From Acidobacteriota bacterium (lineage in GTDB: Bacteria > Acidobacteriota > Thermoanaerobaculia > Multivoradales > SZUA-115), in assembly GCA_024277255.1 (NCBI GenBank), contig JAJRVQ010000117.1:31171-95170 (forward strand): a stretch of 64,000 bases of DNA. The letters are read 5' to 3'. Position 1 is the stretch's first letter, and each line of letters opens with the position of its first letter. Below the pieces are notes generated by a model that saw nothing but the letters and a program-made list of their open reading frames with translations, searched no databases and was not told where the DNA came from. Shown piece by piece: positions 18,806 through 29,962 of the stretch. The position numbers and the translations under genes were made by a program.

Positions 18806-19828
18806 GTGGGCGTTTTTGAACGCTTTCTTTCGCTCTGGGTGGCGCTGGCCATCGTGGCGGGTGTGGGTCTCGGGCTGGTGGTGCCTGGCCTCTTCGCGGT
18901 CGTGGCGGACCTTCAATGGGCGCGGGTCAACCTCGTCGTGGCGGTGTTGATCTGGCTAATGATCTACCCGATGATGCTCAAGGTCGATCCAAGCTGCCTC
19001 AAAGATGTCGGCAAGAGTCCCAAGGGGTTGGCGCTGACTCTGGTGATCAACTGGCTGATCAAGCCGTTCACCATGGCTGCGCTGGGGGTGCTCTTCTTCA
19101 AGGTCGTCTTTGCCGGGCTCCTGCCGGTAGAGGAGGCTCAGCAGTACCTCGCCGGCATGATCTTGCTCGGCGTGGCGCCTTGCACGGCGATGGTCTTCGT
19201 GTGGAGCCACCTGACCGATGGGGACGCCAATTACACGCTGGTGCAGGTCTCGGTCAACGATCTGATCATGGTCTTCGCCTTCGCGCCGCTGGCGGCCTTG
19301 CTGCTGGGAGTGACCGAGATCGCGGTTCCCTGGGAGACGCTGATCGCCGCGGTAGTCGTCTTCATCGTCATCCCGCTCGCCGCCGGCATGCTCACCCAGC
19401 GCTGGTTGCACAAGCAGCGTGTCGAGCGGCTGGAGGGGCGGCTCAAACCGACCTCCATCATGGCGCTGCTCGCCACCGTGATGCTGCTCTTCGGCTTCCA
19501 AGCCGAAACCCTGGTGGAGCAACCCGGGCGCGTCCTGTTGATCGCTGTGCCGCTCCTCATCCAGAGTTACGGCATCTTTGCCCTCGCCTACGCTTTGGCG
19601 CGGTGGCTCAAGTTGCCGCACTCCGTGGCAGCACCGGCGGCGATGATCGGCACCTCGAACTTCTTCGAGTTGGCGGTGGCCGTCGCCATCAGCCTCTTCG
19701 GCCTCTCCTCGGGTGCGGCGCTGGCGACCGTGGTCGGGGTGCTCATCGAGGTCCCCGTAATGCTCTCGCTCGTCGCCTTCGCCAAACGCACGCGTGGCTG
19801 GTTCCCCTCCGCCGTCGACCCGCGTTAG
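18806..19828 (+). CDS. acr3: ACR3-family arsenite efflux permease
   Basis: (M)[22 protein letters not shown]…[13 protein letters not shown] matches ACR3. GTG start with GGAGG 9 nt upstream. Confidence 0.8.
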   Translation: MGVFERFLSLWVALAIVAGVGLGLVVPGLFAVVADLQWARVNLVVAVLIWLMIYPMMLKVDPSCLKDVGKSPKGLALTLVINWLIKPFTMAALGVLFFKVVFAGLLPVEEAQQYLAGMILLGVAPCTAMVFVWSHLTDGDANYTLVQVSVNDLIMVFAFAPLAALLLGVTEIAVPWETLIAAVVVFIVIPLAAGMLTQRWLHKQRVERLEGRLKPTSIMALLATVMLLFGFQAETLVEQPGRVLLIAVPLLIQSYGIFALAYALARWLKLPHSVAAPAAMIGTSNFFELAVAVAISLFGLSSGAALATVVGVLIEVPVMLSLVAFAKRTRGWFPSAVDPR

Positions 19829-19898
19829 CCGCGTCGCCAAGCGGGCTGCCTACCCCGGTCACCACCTTGGCCAGGTGTGACAGGATTCATCGGCCACC

Positions 19899-20810
19899 AT
19901 GACTACCCATTCCAAGATAGATCGCGGTGGTTTGGTGTTGACCCTGGCGGCACAAGGGATTTGGGGCTTCTCACCCCTCTTCTGGAAGCTCTTGGCGGCC
20001 GTGCCTACAGTCCAGCTCTTGGCCCACAGAACCCTGTGGGCGGTGTTGATCCTGGCGGTTTTCTTGACCTTGCGCGCGGGTTGGCGCGAGGTGCGCCGCG
20101 CGGTAGGAGAGCCGCGCACCCTGGCCACGCTGGGGGTGAGCACGGTACTGATCGCGATCAGCTGGTCGGTCTACATCTGGGCCGTCGTCGCCGGCCAAGT
20201 GCTTCAGGCGAGCTTGGGTTATTACCTCAACCCTCTGGTGACGGTCTTGCTGGGAGTCCTCTTTCTGCACGAGAGGTTGAACCGGGCACAGGTCGGTTCT
20301 CTGGTGCTGGCGGCCATCGGGGTGTTGGTGCTGATCTGGCGTCAGGGGGAGTTGCCCTGGATCTCCCTGGTGTTGGCGATCTCTTTCGGTCTGTACAGCC
20401 TGCTGCGCAAGACGGTGAGGGCGGAAGCGGAAGTCGGCCTGTTCATCGAGACCTCCTTGCTGTCGCCGTTGTGCCTGCTCTATCTGGTCCATGCCGCCCG
20501 TGTAGGCCAGGGCGCTTTCGGCTCGCAAGAACTCAGGGTAGACCTCTTGCTGGTCGCCTCGGGTGCGGTGACCGCGGTTCCACTTTTTCTGTTTACCCGT
20601 GGAGCGCGCCGCATGCCGCTGACCACGGTCGGCTTTCTACAGTATCTGGGACCGACCCTCCAGTTCCTCCTGGCGGTCTTCGTCTTCGATGAGACCTTCA
20701 CCGGCGGCCACCTCGCCGCCTTCGTCCTCATCTGGGTTGCCCTCGGGCTGTTCACCTGGGACCTGCGGCGGCGCTGGAATCAACAGCAGAGCGGCTTGAT
20801 TCCAGGCTGA
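19899..20810 (+). CDS. rarD: RarD (EamA/DMT-superfamily transporter)
   Basis: 10-TM profile, N-terminal LAAQGIWGFSPLFWKLL, RarD-like length (303 aa). Confidence 0.7.
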   Translation: MTTHSKIDRGGLVLTLAAQGIWGFSPLFWKLLAAVPTVQLLAHRTLWAVLILAVFLTLRAGWREVRRAVGEPRTLATLGVSTVLIAISWSVYIWAVVAGQVLQASLGYYLNPLVTVLLGVLFLHERLNRAQVGSLVLAAIGVLVLIWRQGELPWISLVLAISFGLYSLLRKTVRAEAEVGLFIETSLLSPLCLLYLVHAARVGQGAFGSQELRVDLLLVASGAVTAVPLFLFTRGARRMPLTTVGFLQYLGPTLQFLLAVFVFDETFTGGHLAAFVLIWVALGLFTWDLRRRWNQQQSGLIPG

Positions 20811-20900
20811 CGGCTTGCCGATTCCTTCCCTGGCATCGTGATTGAGACGAATCTGGTACCCTAGGTAGGCGTCTTACTTGTAAGATTCCTATCGGAGATT

Positions 20901-21137
20901 GTGGTGCACATTACGTCCAAAGGGCAAGTGACGATTCCGATCGAAATTCGACAGAGGTTGGGTTTGTTGCCGCACACGGAGGTCCGCTTCGTGGTGGATG
21001 GAGAGACGGTCCGAATCGTCCGAGCCGAAAGCCGAGACATGAATCGCGGCCGGCGGATCGTCGATCATCTTCGCGGCCGAGGAAGCGTGAAGATGACGAC
21101 CGACGAGATCATGGCGCTGACTCGCGGGGAACCGTGA
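20901..21137 (+). CDS. vapB: AbrB/SpoVT-fold antitoxin (VapB/MazE-like)
   Basis: (M)VHITSKGQVTIPIEIRQRLGL swapped-hairpin N-terminus. GTG start with GGAG. GTGA overlap with the downstream PIN gene. Confidence 0.65.
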   Translation: MVHITSKGQVTIPIEIRQRLGLLPHTEVRFVVDGETVRIVRAESRDMNRGRRIVDHLRGRGSVKMTTDEIMALTRGEP

Positions 21138-21538
21138 ACGCTGTTCTCGTCGACAGCAATGTCATCCTCGACATCCTGACCCAGGACCCGGATTGGTACT
21201 CCGTGTCGGCGCGGATGCTTGAGGTGGCCGCTGAACATCGAGTTCCAGTGATCAACCCGCTGATCTACGCCGAAGTTTCGGTGCGCTTCGAATCCATCGA
21301 GACGCTCGAAGAAGCTCTTCCGACCGCCCTATTCAGGCGCGAGCCGCTCCCTTGGGAAGCTGGCTTCCTGGCGGGCAAGTGCTTTACTCAATACCGGAGC
21401 AGAGGCGGGGCTCGATCCTCGCCGCTGCCCGACTTCTACATCGGTGCTCACGCCGCGGTTCGCGGCCACTCGCTGTTGACCCGGGATGTAGCTCGCTATC
21501 GAACCTACTTCCCGACCGTGGATGTCATCGGGCCTTGA
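21134..21538 (+). CDS. vapC: PIN-domain toxin VapC (second pair)
   Basis: VLVDSNVILDIL N-terminus, 134 aa. Confidence 0.75.
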   Translation: MNAVLVDSNVILDILTQDPDWYSVSARMLEVAAEHRVPVINPLIYAEVSVRFESIETLEEALPTALFRREPLPWEAGFLAGKCFTQYRSRGGARSSPLPDFYIGAHAAVRGHSLLTRDVARYRTYFPTVDVIGP

Positions 21539-21612
21539 ACTGCCGGTGAGCGCGGAGGAGGGAATCCCTCCCGAACGCGATCCCGGGCGCAAGACCCCCC
21601 TGTCTCGCCCCC

Positions 21613-22485
21613 CTACTCTTCTCCGTAACTCACCTGCGTCCGCTTGAGCTTGAGCGTCGCCAGCCCGAGGAGTACGGCCGTCATGGTGAGGAGGCCGAGG
21701 GTGGAGAGCCAGGCGGGGGGCGGGGTGGAGACGATGGCGAAGGGGCCTTGCGGCATGGGCACCGGCATCCAGGAGTTCAGGTAGTGGACGACGCTGATCT
21801 TCTTGAGCAGCGGAGGTAGCAGGAAGTTGATGCCCTCCCACAGCAAGACGACGGCGACCGGCACGATCGGGTTGCGGAAAAGGAGGCCGAAAAGCAGGAA
21901 GACGGCGCCGTAGCCCAGGCAGGCGAGTAGCGTGATGCTCACGTAGGCGGTCAGATGGCCGAGGCCAGGGCCGTTGAAGAGGTGCTCCTGGGTGCCGCTC
22001 CAGCCGACCGGTAGGTGAATCAGAAAGTAGGTGACGATGACGCCGAGGCCGAAGAGGGTAGCGGTGGCCACCAGGCCGGCGAGGTACTTTCCGGCCACTA
22101 GCACACCACGGCGCACCGGGGAGAGAAAATAGTAGTGCAGGCTCTGATCGAGGACTTCGCCACGGAAAAGGTTGGTGAATACCCAGACGCAACCGAAGAA
22201 AATCACCCCGCGCAGGTAAAAGACCTGAAACATGACCGAGAAGATCTTCACCAACTGCCCGGCGGTGATCTCCTGGCCGTACCACAGGTTGATCAGGCTG
22301 GCACCGCCGACGAGCACGACCGGCGCCGCCGCCAGCAGATAGAGCAAGAGGGCGCGTGGGGTGAACGTACTCTTGCGACTCTCCATACGGAAGATGGCCA
22401 ACAGCTGGCGCCGCCACAGGGGCCAGCCGCTCGTTGGGCGCTCGACCATGGGTGAGGTGGCTGAGGTGATCGGGGCGGTGCTCAT
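21613..22485 (-). CDS. ABC-2-type transporter permease
   Basis: 6-TM hydrophobic profile. 4-bp overlap with the upstream ATPase gene. Confidence 0.6.
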   Translation of the reverse strand: MSTAPITSATSPMVERPTSGWPLWRRQLLAIFRMESRKSTFTPRALLLYLLAAAPVVLVGGASLINLWYGQEITAGQLVKIFSVMFQVFYLRGVIFFGCVWVFTNLFRGEVLDQSLHYYFLSPVRRGVLVAGKYLAGLVATATLFGLGVIVTYFLIHLPVGWSGTQEHLFNGPGLGHLTAYVSITLLACLGYGAVFLLFGLLFRNPIVPVAVVLLWEGINFLLPPLLKKISVVHYLNSWMPVPMPQGPFAIVSTPPPAWLSTLGLLTMTAVLLGLATLKLKRTQVSYGEE

Positions 22486-23471
22486 GATTGGACCCCTCCT
22501 TGCGAGCCGATCAGGTAGTCGTAGACCGCCTGCACATCGTCGTCCGCCGGACCGATGGCTTCGACCTTGATGCCCTGTTCGAGCACGATCTGGTTGATCA
22601 GCAGGTAGAACCGGTCAGCGTCGCGGGTGCGGGCGTGCAGCCCCATGCGGTCGTTGTGGATCTTCACTTCGGTAAGGTGATCCTGCCGGAAGAGGTGCGA
22701 GGCGAGCGTTTCAGGTTGATCGCAGCGCACGAAGACCTGGATCGGATGCTGGTGCATCTCGGTGCGCACTCCCTGAATGTCGCCCTCGGCTACGATATAC
22801 CCGCTGTTGATCAGGATGACGTGGTCCGAAATCATGTCGATCTCGTGCAGGATGTGGCTCGAGAGGATGATGTGACGCCCTTCGGCGGCGAGGCCGGTGA
22901 ACAGTTCGATCACCTCGGCGCGGGCCATCGGATCGAGGCCGTTGAGCGGCTCGTCGAGTACCAGCACCTTGGGATCGTGGGCCAGCGCCTGGGCGAGCTT
23001 GATGCGCTGGCGCATCCCTTTACTGTAGGCGGCGACCTTGCGATCGGCGGCCGCCACCAGGTCGACGCGGGCGATGGCGCGGGCGGTCAAGGCATCGGCG
23101 TCGCCATGACCGTAACCGGCGACCCGCAGGTAGGAGTAAATGAACTGGTAGCCGGTGACGCCGCGTGGAAAGGAGTCGAACTGCGTCGAGTAGCCGATCT
23201 GGCGAAAGAGCTGCTCCGGTTCGTCGGCGGTCATCCCCAGGACTTCGATCGAGCCGCTAGTCGGTCGCAGCAGCCCGGTGGTCAGGTTCATCAGCGTGGT
23301 CTTGCCCGAGCCGTTGGGGCCGACCAGGCCGCTGATGCCGGGAGGAATGCGCAGGTTTACGCGGTTGACCCCGAGCACCTCACCATAGAACTTGGAGACG
23401 TTGGAAAAGACGATGGCATCGCTCATTTCACCACCTCGTAGGGGCGCAGCTTGCGCGACAACATCCACCAA
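22482..23471 (-). CDS. ABC transporter ATP-binding protein
   Basis: Walker [10 protein letters not shown], signature/Walker [13 protein letters not shown]-loop. Confidence 0.85.
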   Translation of the reverse strand: MVDVVAQAAPLRGGEMSDAIVFSNVSKFYGEVLGVNRVNLRIPPGISGLVGPNGSGKTTLMNLTTGLLRPTSGSIEVLGMTADEPEQLFRQIGYSTQFDSFPRGVTGYQFIYSYLRVAGYGHGDADALTARAIARVDLVAAADRKVAAYSKGMRQRIKLAQALAHDPKVLVLDEPLNGLDPMARAEVIELFTGLAAEGRHIILSSHILHEIDMISDHVILINSGYIVAEGDIQGVRTEMHQHPIQVFVRCDQPETLASHLFRQDHLTEVKIHNDRMGLHARTRDADRFYLLINQIVLEQGIKVEAIGPADDDVQAVYDYLIGSQGGVQS

Positions 23472-24292
23472 CTGGTGAGGACGGCACCGGCCAGCGCGAT
23501 CCAGGCGGTGGCGATGGGAAGATCGGTCGTGGCCGGAAGGCCGAAGAGCCCTTGCCAGAGGGTATTGCTTACCGTGGGGAACTGGAGCGCTCCACCCCAG
23601 CTCACGTGGTAGATCTGGTTGATCGCCTCACCGGTGGCGGTGAGGAAGAAGGAGGCGCCGAGAAAGATCATCCGCGCCACCGGCTTCCACTTGACCCAGG
23701 CCGAGACGGCGAGAGCGAGCATCGAGAGGACCAGGATCCAGATCCAGGAACCGACGAAGAAGGCCAGGGCGGCGCGCAGATTGCCGCTCCACCATTCCCA
23801 GCCTTCGAGGAAGGCCTGCAACAGGAAGAGCACCAGCCCCGGAACCCAGGTGATCAGCGAGAGCAGCACCGCCAGCACACTCAGCTTGCCCAGAACGTAG
23901 TCGACACGGTTGAACGGCCTTGACAAGTAGAGCGGCAGGGCGTTGTTGCGCAGGTCGGGGGAGACCAGCGCCGGGCCGATGATCATGGTCATGAAGAAGG
24001 CGAACCAGCCCTGCACGCGCAGCACTCGATAGAAGAACGTGGCGTCGATCGGCAGCGCCTGGCGCAGAGCGTCCGCATTGGTGCCGAGGATCTTCAGCGC
24101 GCTGATGTTGTGAAAGAGGTAGATCCACACCGACCAAGCCAACATCGGCAGCAGGCAGAGGACGAAGAAGGCGAGGAAGATCCGCGAACTGAAGACGTTC
24201 TTGAAGGCGTACTTGGCGGGGACCAAGAAGCGGGACCACTGCGGCGTCAGGGGGCCGGAGTAGGTGCGGTAGGCGCGTTCGTAGACCGCCAT
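23423..24292 (-). CDS. ABC transporter permease (ABC-2 type)
   Basis: Multi-TM ORF between two ATPase genes with overlapping ends. Confidence 0.55.
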   Translation of the reverse strand: MAVYERAYRTYSGPLTPQWSRFLVPAKYAFKNVFSSRIFLAFFVLCLLPMLAWSVWIYLFHNISALKILGTNADALRQALPIDATFFYRVLRVQGWFAFFMTMIIGPALVSPDLRNNALPLYLSRPFNRVDYVLGKLSVLAVLLSLITWVPGLVLFLLQAFLEGWEWWSGNLRAALAFFVGSWIWILVLSMLALAVSAWVKWKPVARMIFLGASFFLTATGEAINQIYHVSWGGALQFPTVSNTLWQGLFGLPATTDLPIATAWIALAGAVLTSWWMLSRKLRPYEVVK

Positions 24293-24293
24293 C

Positions 24294-25331
24294 TCAATCC
24301 TCCATCGCTTTCAAGAAGATGTCTTGCAGTGAGTCTTTCTTGTAGTCGAGTCGCCGGATCTGGATGGCTTGATCCGCCGCCACGGTGTAGAGGTGGCGGA
24401 TCGCCACCCCCTCGGGCAGCACCATCTTGAGCCGGTACTCGCCGGCCATGGCGCACTGTACGCCGAGTGTCTCCACCGCGCTGGCGAAGGCGCCGGGGTC
24501 GCCGCCGCGGATTTCCAACTCGAGGAACTTGCGGTTGGCCTGTCGCTCCTCCTCCAAGTTGCAGTAGACGGCGATCTTGCCTTGCTTGAGTACCAGCACC
24601 TCCTCGCAGCACTCTTCGACGTCGCGCAGCAGGTGCGAGGAGAGGATGATCCGCGCCGTGCCGCTGTCGCGCACTTCACGGATCAGGTTGAGCATGCGGC
24701 TTCGCGCCGGTGGGTCGAGCCCGTTGGTCGGCTCGTCGAGGAAGAGCAGCTTGGGGCCATGGACTAGCGCCTGTGCCAGCTTGGCGAGTTGTTTCATGCC
24801 CAGCGAATAAGTTTCCAGGTTGCGGTAGCGGGCTTCGCCCAGGCCGACGTAGAAGAGAGTCTCGTGGGCGCGCTCGATGGCGTCGTCGGCCGGTAGGCCG
24901 GAGAGTTCGGCCATCAAGCGGACGAATCGCACGCAGCTCATGCCGGCGATGAACGAGTCGCGCTCCGGCATGTAGCCGATCATCGAACGCACCGGCTTGG
25001 CGTCGGTGAGGATGTCGTGGCCGAAGACGCGCGCCGTGCCGCTGGTTGGTGCGTGGAAGCCGAGCAGGGTGTGCAACAGCGTCGTCTTGCCGGCGCCGTT
25101 GGGACCGAGTAGACCGATGGCCCGCCCGCAGAGCGAGGCGCGCAGGTCGTCCAAGACCTGCTGGCTACCGAAGCGCATGCCGAGGCCATCGAACTCGACG
25201 ACCGGCTGGCCGGCGGGCTCTAGCGGCGGTTCTCGCGACGGCTGATGATCGGGCTCGCCTGCCGGCAGGTGGGGAGCCGCCGCGGGTGTAGCCGCATCGC
25301 CGGTCTTTGCTACGGTTTCAGAGATCATCAA
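24294..25331 (-). CDS. ABC transporter ATP-binding protein
   Basis: Walker [23 protein letters not shown]. First gene of a four-gene operon. Confidence 0.85.
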   Translation of the reverse strand: MMISETVAKTGDAATPAAAPHLPAGEPDHQPSREPPLEPAGQPVVEFDGLGMRFGSQQVLDDLRASLCGRAIGLLGPNGAGKTTLLHTLLGFHAPTSGTARVFGHDILTDAKPVRSMIGYMPERDSFIAGMSCVRFVRLMAELSGLPADDAIERAHETLFYVGLGEARYRNLETYSLGMKQLAKLAQALVHGPKLLFLDEPTNGLDPPARSRMLNLIREVRDSGTARIILSSHLLRDVEECCEEVLVLKQGKIAVYCNLEEERQANRKFLELEIRGGDPGAFASAVETLGVQCAMAGEYRLKMVLPEGVAIRHLYTVAADQAIQIRRLDYKKDSLQDIFLKAMED

Positions 25332-25435
25332 GTTCCTCCTCGAGGGTCACTACGCAGTGGCGGGCGATTGGTTGTCATACGTCCTCGTCTCAGCCTTGCA
25401 CCCTGGCCGGCAGATGGGCTCGACGGGCTGGCGGC

Positions 25436-28102
25436 TCAACGGGTTGGATCGCCGTGCTGCAGCATGGACATGAGGAGGGGAGCCAAGGCGCCGCCCTGGC
25501 TGGTTGAAACCAAGCGAATCCGGTCCACTTCACCGTAGGCGCAAGCCAAGGTAGGAGCGAGCGTCGCGTCCAGCTCACCGAGCGGATCGTCATCCGTGGC
25601 CGGCAAGTTTGCGGCCGCTGCCGAGGCCAACCGTCCGAGGGTCTCGCCGAGCGATCCGATGTCGGTGAAGACCATGGCGGAGAAGTTGACGTATCCATCC
25701 GGAGGCAGCAGATCGCGGAAACGGTCGGTGTCGGTCAGGCCGTAGCCGTTGTCGCGCACTTGAATGGCTCGGTCGAGCAGGGCGCGGCTCGGCGCGATCA
25801 ACAGATAGCCGTTCTCGTAGGTGAAGTGCAGCCCGGCGACCATCTTGCCGAGCGCCTCGGCAACTTCGGGTATGGAGTAGTAGGTGCGACCGCCGGCGAT
25901 CTCCTCTTCGATGTGGATCACCGGCTTGCCGTTGATCACCAAGGTCTGACCGACTCTCTGGACGATCAGGTCGAGGGTGCTCTGCAAGCGGGCCGGATCG
26001 TAGACCTCGGCGACGATCTTCCATGAGGGAGTGGGCAGGGCCGGGCCGTCGAAGGCGACCGTCACCTCTCCGCCCAGCGCCGCCGCCAGGTCGTTCTCCA
26101 AATCGATTCCGTAGCCTTCCTCGAAGCCCGCGAGGATGCTCCGCGCGCCAGGCCGAATCTCGTCGAGGAAGCCGAGGATCTGTGCGACGACGGCCGCCGG
26201 GTCGTCCACCACTGAACTGGCGGCGAAGGTCGTCTCGGCGGACAGGAAATCGAGACTGCCCATCGGCGCCGGTTCGGCTAGCCAGGAGAGTGCGCCGGTG
26301 CGCTTATCGGCGAAGGTGAGGACCGCTCCGGTGTGGACTACTTCGTCTCCGTGCTTGCGTTCGATGATCAGGTGTTCGACATTGTCCAGGCCGGAGAAGC
26401 GCATTGCCCGCGGAGGAATTTCCTCGCTCACCGTAGCCAGGACATTGGCGGCGTCGAGGCCGGCGATCCACTGCGCGCCCTGGGCGTAGGACTCGAGCAG
26501 CCGGTCGTGGAAGGGGGTTGCGGTGAAGGTTCCGGCGCCGGGCGCTTGCGCCATGCGCGCCGCCAGCTGTTGCAGCTGTTGCGGGTGGGCGGCGGCGGCG
26601 AAGACATCACCGGCCAACCACAGGAAGCTCTCATTGTCGCTCGACGGAAGCGCCGCGGAGGGATCGCTGATGATCGTCAGATGGCCGTCGTTGGAGCCGG
26701 CGTTCAGGCGCTCGACTTCGGCGGCGAGGACCGCGGCGAAGGCACCGGGTCGCTCCACTTCCGCCAGAACCAGGGGTGCATCGAGGTCGCCTTCGGCGTC
26801 GCGGGCGACGGTGACCACCACTTCGTTGCCCAGGTGTTGACCCAAGCCGCGCAAACGATCGATCAGATCGTTGATCTGTTCGCCGGTTCCGCCTTGGTCG
26901 ACATTCTGCTGCCACCACTGGCGCAACACTTCGCTCTCGGCGAGCCGCTGTTGCAGGATCTCCTGCATTTCGCCGACTTCGATCGAGAGGTTGGGCAGAC
27001 CGAGATAGATCACCGTTTCCGGCGCGACGAGCGCCAGTAGCGGGCTCTCGTAGCGCAACTGGGTGCGTGCGAGCGTCTTGCCAAGCTCGCTGTTGAGTTG
27101 GCGCAGCTCGGCCAGCAAGGCGCGGTAGCGCTCCCCGTCGCGGCTCCACGAGACTTCGTCGGCCACCGGCACTGCACCTAGCGAGTCATTGGTGGCGATC
27201 TGGTCGCCGGGTTCGAGAACCGTGCGGGTGCGCCCCTGGTCCACCCGAACTTCGCCCTCGATCACCGAGACGCGAGAGCCCTTGGTGCCGTGGTTGACCG
27301 AGAAGATGGTGCCGGTGACGGAAACCAGGCAATCGTCGGTAGAGACATGGAGGCGGCCGCTGTGTTGCGGGGCCGCTTCGACGATGATGCTGCCGTGGGC
27401 GACCCGGATCGTCGTCTCGCCACGGCGCCGAGCCACGGAGATCTCGGAACGTTGGCGCAACTCGACGCGCGAGCCATCGTTGAGTTCGACCACCGCGCCG
27501 CCCTCTTTCGAAGTGCGGATCTTCTCGCCCTGGCGCACGGTGGCGCCGGGGGTCAAGGCGACGGAGCGGTCGCCGTCGAGGCGGCAGAGCTGCCCGTCGG
27601 CGGAGAGGACTCGCAGTTGCGGTCCGGCGGCGGCGAAGCGGTTGCTCAGCAGCATGAAGGTGGAAGCGCCCAAGGCGAGGAGCAAGGCTGCCGCCAGTGC
27701 GACCCAGATTCGCGGCAGGCGAGCACGCCGCGGCTTCAAGGTGCTTGCCTTGCGGCCGCTGCGCGCCTCGTGCAGCGCTTTGCGAAAGGGGATCGACTCG
27801 CGGGCGTAGTCCTCGACCAGCAATGCGCTCGATGGCGGTAGATCACCGGCCAGGTAGGCGGGGATCAAGCCGAGGTAGTCCTCATGCGAGCGGATGCGAG
27901 CCTGCGCCGCGGCCGTGGGTTCGGCGGCCGGTGCCGTCTCGCGGTCCACTTCACTCGGACTCGCGTCAGCGGCCTCATTCTCGATCCGCTGCCAGACGCG
28001 CTCGCCCGCTTCCCGGACGATCTGGGGGTCGGGGTGATCCTCACGGACCGCTGCGACAGCGCGATCGAGGAAAGTATCGAAGTCTTCTTTGTGGGCTTTC
28101 AT
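25436..28102 (-). CDS. large anti-sigma factor (888 aa): cytoplasmic N-terminus, one TM helix, FecR-like domain and big periplasmic C-terminal domain
   Basis: ATGA overlap with the upstream ECF sigma gene. TM LAAALLLALGASTFMLL. FecR-like block (LTPGATVRQGEKIRTSKEGGAVVELNDGSRVELRQRSEISV). Confidence 0.6.
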   Translation of the reverse strand: MKAHKEDFDTFLDRAVAAVREDHPDPQIVREAGERVWQRIENEAADASPSEVDRETAPAAEPTAAAQARIRSHEDYLGLIPAYLAGDLPPSSALLVEDYARESIPFRKALHEARSGRKASTLKPRRARLPRIWVALAAALLLALGASTFMLLSNRFAAAGPQLRVLSADGQLCRLDGDRSVALTPGATVRQGEKIRTSKEGGAVVELNDGSRVELRQRSEISVARRRGETTIRVAHGSIIVEAAPQHSGRLHVSTDDCLVSVTGTIFSVNHGTKGSRVSVIEGEVRVDQGRTRTVLEPGDQIATNDSLGAVPVADEVSWSRDGERYRALLAELRQLNSELGKTLARTQLRYESPLLALVAPETVIYLGLPNLSIEVGEMQEILQQRLAESEVLRQWWQQNVDQGGTGEQINDLIDRLRGLGQHLGNEVVVTVARDAEGDLDAPLVLAEVERPGAFAAVLAAEVERLNAGSNDGHLTIISDPSAALPSSDNESFLWLAGDVFAAAAHPQQLQQLAARMAQAPGAGTFTATPFHDRLLESYAQGAQWIAGLDAANVLATVSEEIPPRAMRFSGLDNVEHLIIERKHGDEVVHTGAVLTFADKRTGALSWLAEPAPMGSLDFLSAETTFAASSVVDDPAAVVAQILGFLDEIRPGARSILAGFEEGYGIDLENDLAAALGGEVTVAFDGPALPTPSWKIVAEVYDPARLQSTLDLIVQRVGQTLVINGKPVIHIEEEIAGGRTYYSIPEVAEALGKMVAGLHFTYENGYLLIAPSRALLDRAIQVRDNGYGLTDTDRFRDLLPPDGYVNFSAMVFTDIGSLGETLGRLASAAAANLPATDDDPLGELDATLAPTLACAYGEVDRIRLVSTSQGGALAPLLMSMLQHGDPTR

Positions 28103-28683
28103 GAGGTCGCTCCTACCAACGGCTGCAGCTCCTTGCGCAGCTTGTGGCGCGCGCGATGCAAGATGACGGCGATGGCGGTCTGCGAGCTACCGAGCATGTC
28201 GGCGATCTCCAGGTTGCCATAGCCCTCGAAGTAGCGCAGGGAAAAAATCTCGGCCGCGCGCGGTGAAAGTCGCGCCACGGCGGTACGGAGGATGCGGCGC
28301 AGCTCGCTGTTTTCGCTGCGAGCGCCGGGGCCAATCTCGTCGGCCTCCCGGAGCTGCTCGCCAACACTGTCGAGGTCGACGGCGCGGGCCCGTTTGCGGC
28401 TGCGCAGGAGATCCAGCCCGGCGTTGACCGCGGCGCGGTGCAGATAGCTGGCTGCACCATCGTCGAGGGCAAGGTCATCGTGTCGCCGGGCGAGACGCAA
28501 GAAGACGGTTTGCAGGACGTCCTCCGCGTCCGCGGCACTGCCGGTGATGCGGTAGGCGGCGTTGAAGACGCGCCCATGATGCTCGCGATACAGCTATTCG
28601 AGGGTCCAGGCAGAGGGCAGCCGGAAAGAACTACCGGCTTGTGCTGTAGCTGCTTCAGGTTTCTGGGGACCGGGTTTCGCCAC
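28099..28683 (-). CDS. ECF (group IV) sigma-70 factor interrupted by an in-frame TAG at 28594-28596 (pseudogene, readthrough or sequence error)
   Basis: Regions 2 and 4 present (…[32 protein letters not shown]… / …LEIADMLGSSQTAIAVILHRARHKL). Reading frame is continuous from GTG 28683 (AGGAGA 5 nt upstream) through the TAG. Full length would be ~193 aa. Confidence 0.55.
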
Positions 28684-28784
28684 GGGTTTCTCCTCGCAGG
28701 CGCGGCCGGATTGAACGTTCCGAACCGTCTTCAACCATCACTACGCTGGGCTGGGCGGATTCTTACAACGAGGCCTCCTCAAGG

Positions 28785-29747
28785 TCAGCCGTGCTCGATG
28801 TCCTTCAGGAACCGCTCGAGGATCGCCGCCACCTCTCGTGGTCGATCCAACATCAGCCAGTGGCTGCTGTCGAGGAGCGTCGTTCCCGGCAACCGTTGCG
28901 GCAGCAGGCGATGCAGGCTGATCGGTAGGCTGTTGAGAGGGGTGACGACACTTAAGGCGGGCCCCGGATAGCGCTCGAGATCCTCGGTGGTCGAATGGAC
29001 GGCGGCGGATCGGAGAGGCCCGATCAGCGCTTTGGCCGGCGTTGCGGCGAGCGCTTGCAGGATCGTCTCCGCGGTCTCCGGCGCACTGCCGGCGAGCAGT
29101 TGCCTGAACTGGAAGCGCAATTCTCCGTGCGGGTCGTTCTCCACCGGGTCGAGGAACTGGCGGATCTGCTCTTGCGGCAAGCGGCTTTGCTCGCCGTTGG
29201 GGTCGAGCAGTACCAGGGCGGCCACGCGTTGGGGATGATCGGCGGCGAAGGCGGCGGCCACCGCGGCACCCAAGTCGTGGCCAACCAGCAGGCAGCGGTC
29301 CAGCCGCGCGCCGTCGAGAGCCGCTCGAACGTCGCCGGCCAGGGCGGGGATCGAGTAGTCTTCGCCGGCTTGCGAGGCTCCATGACCCCGCAAGCTGAGG
29401 GCGACCGCCTTGCGCCGTGTACCGAGCTGATCGAGCAGCGCTGAGCCGTGGTGAGCGTTGCCTCCCAGGCCGTGGACGAAGAGCACGGGGAGCCGCGCGG
29501 TGGATTGGCCAACTTCGAGGATTTCGAGCCCGCCGCTCGGTCCGGCGATCTCACGCACGTTGGGCTCGGCACGCGGTTCGGCTCTCTTCGTCCCTGTGTC
29601 TCGTTCGGCTTGCCGGTTGCTGCGTTGCTGCTCCTTGCGCCCCACCACGTAAAGGCCGGTGAGCAGAGCGGCCGAGCCCACCCCGAGCAGACCCAAGAGC
29701 TGCCGGGTGGCGCCGCGCCGCGGGGAATTCTTGATCCGTTTCGCCAT
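28785..29747 (-). CDS. membrane-anchored alpha/beta-fold hydrolase
   Basis: LFVHGLGGNAHHG … LVGHDLGAAVAAAFA nucleophile-elbow region. N-terminal TM anchor. Confidence 0.75.
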   Translation of the reverse strand: MAKRIKNSPRRGATRQLLGLLGVGSAALLTGLYVVGRKEQQRSNRQAERDTGTKRAEPRAEPNVREIAGPSGGLEILEVGQSTARLPVLFVHGLGGNAHHGSALLDQLGTRRKAVALSLRGHGASQAGEDYSIPALAGDVRAALDGARLDRCLLVGHDLGAAVAAAFAADHPQRVAALVLLDPNGEQSRLPQEQIRQFLDPVENDPHGELRFQFRQLLAGSAPETAETILQALAATPAKALIGPLRSAAVHSTTEDLERYPGPALSVVTPLNSLPISLHRLLPQRLPGTTLLDSSHWLMLDRPREVAAILERFLKDIEHG

Positions 29748-29962
29748 GGGCTGATTATGCAGTGGTGAGGGATTCCGGGCAAAGTCGTGAGTGGTGCGGG
29801 TCAGTGTGCAGTGGCTCTTGTTGGGGTCCGGTACCCCTTCAAGGTACGATATCTAGCTCACCATGGTCGGAGGCCGGTCCATCGAGTAGTGCTCGTGGAG
29901 ACGGCTTTGACCGATTCTTTCAGGACCGAGCGAGAGCTCGCTTTTTCAAGGAGGATTTTCCT

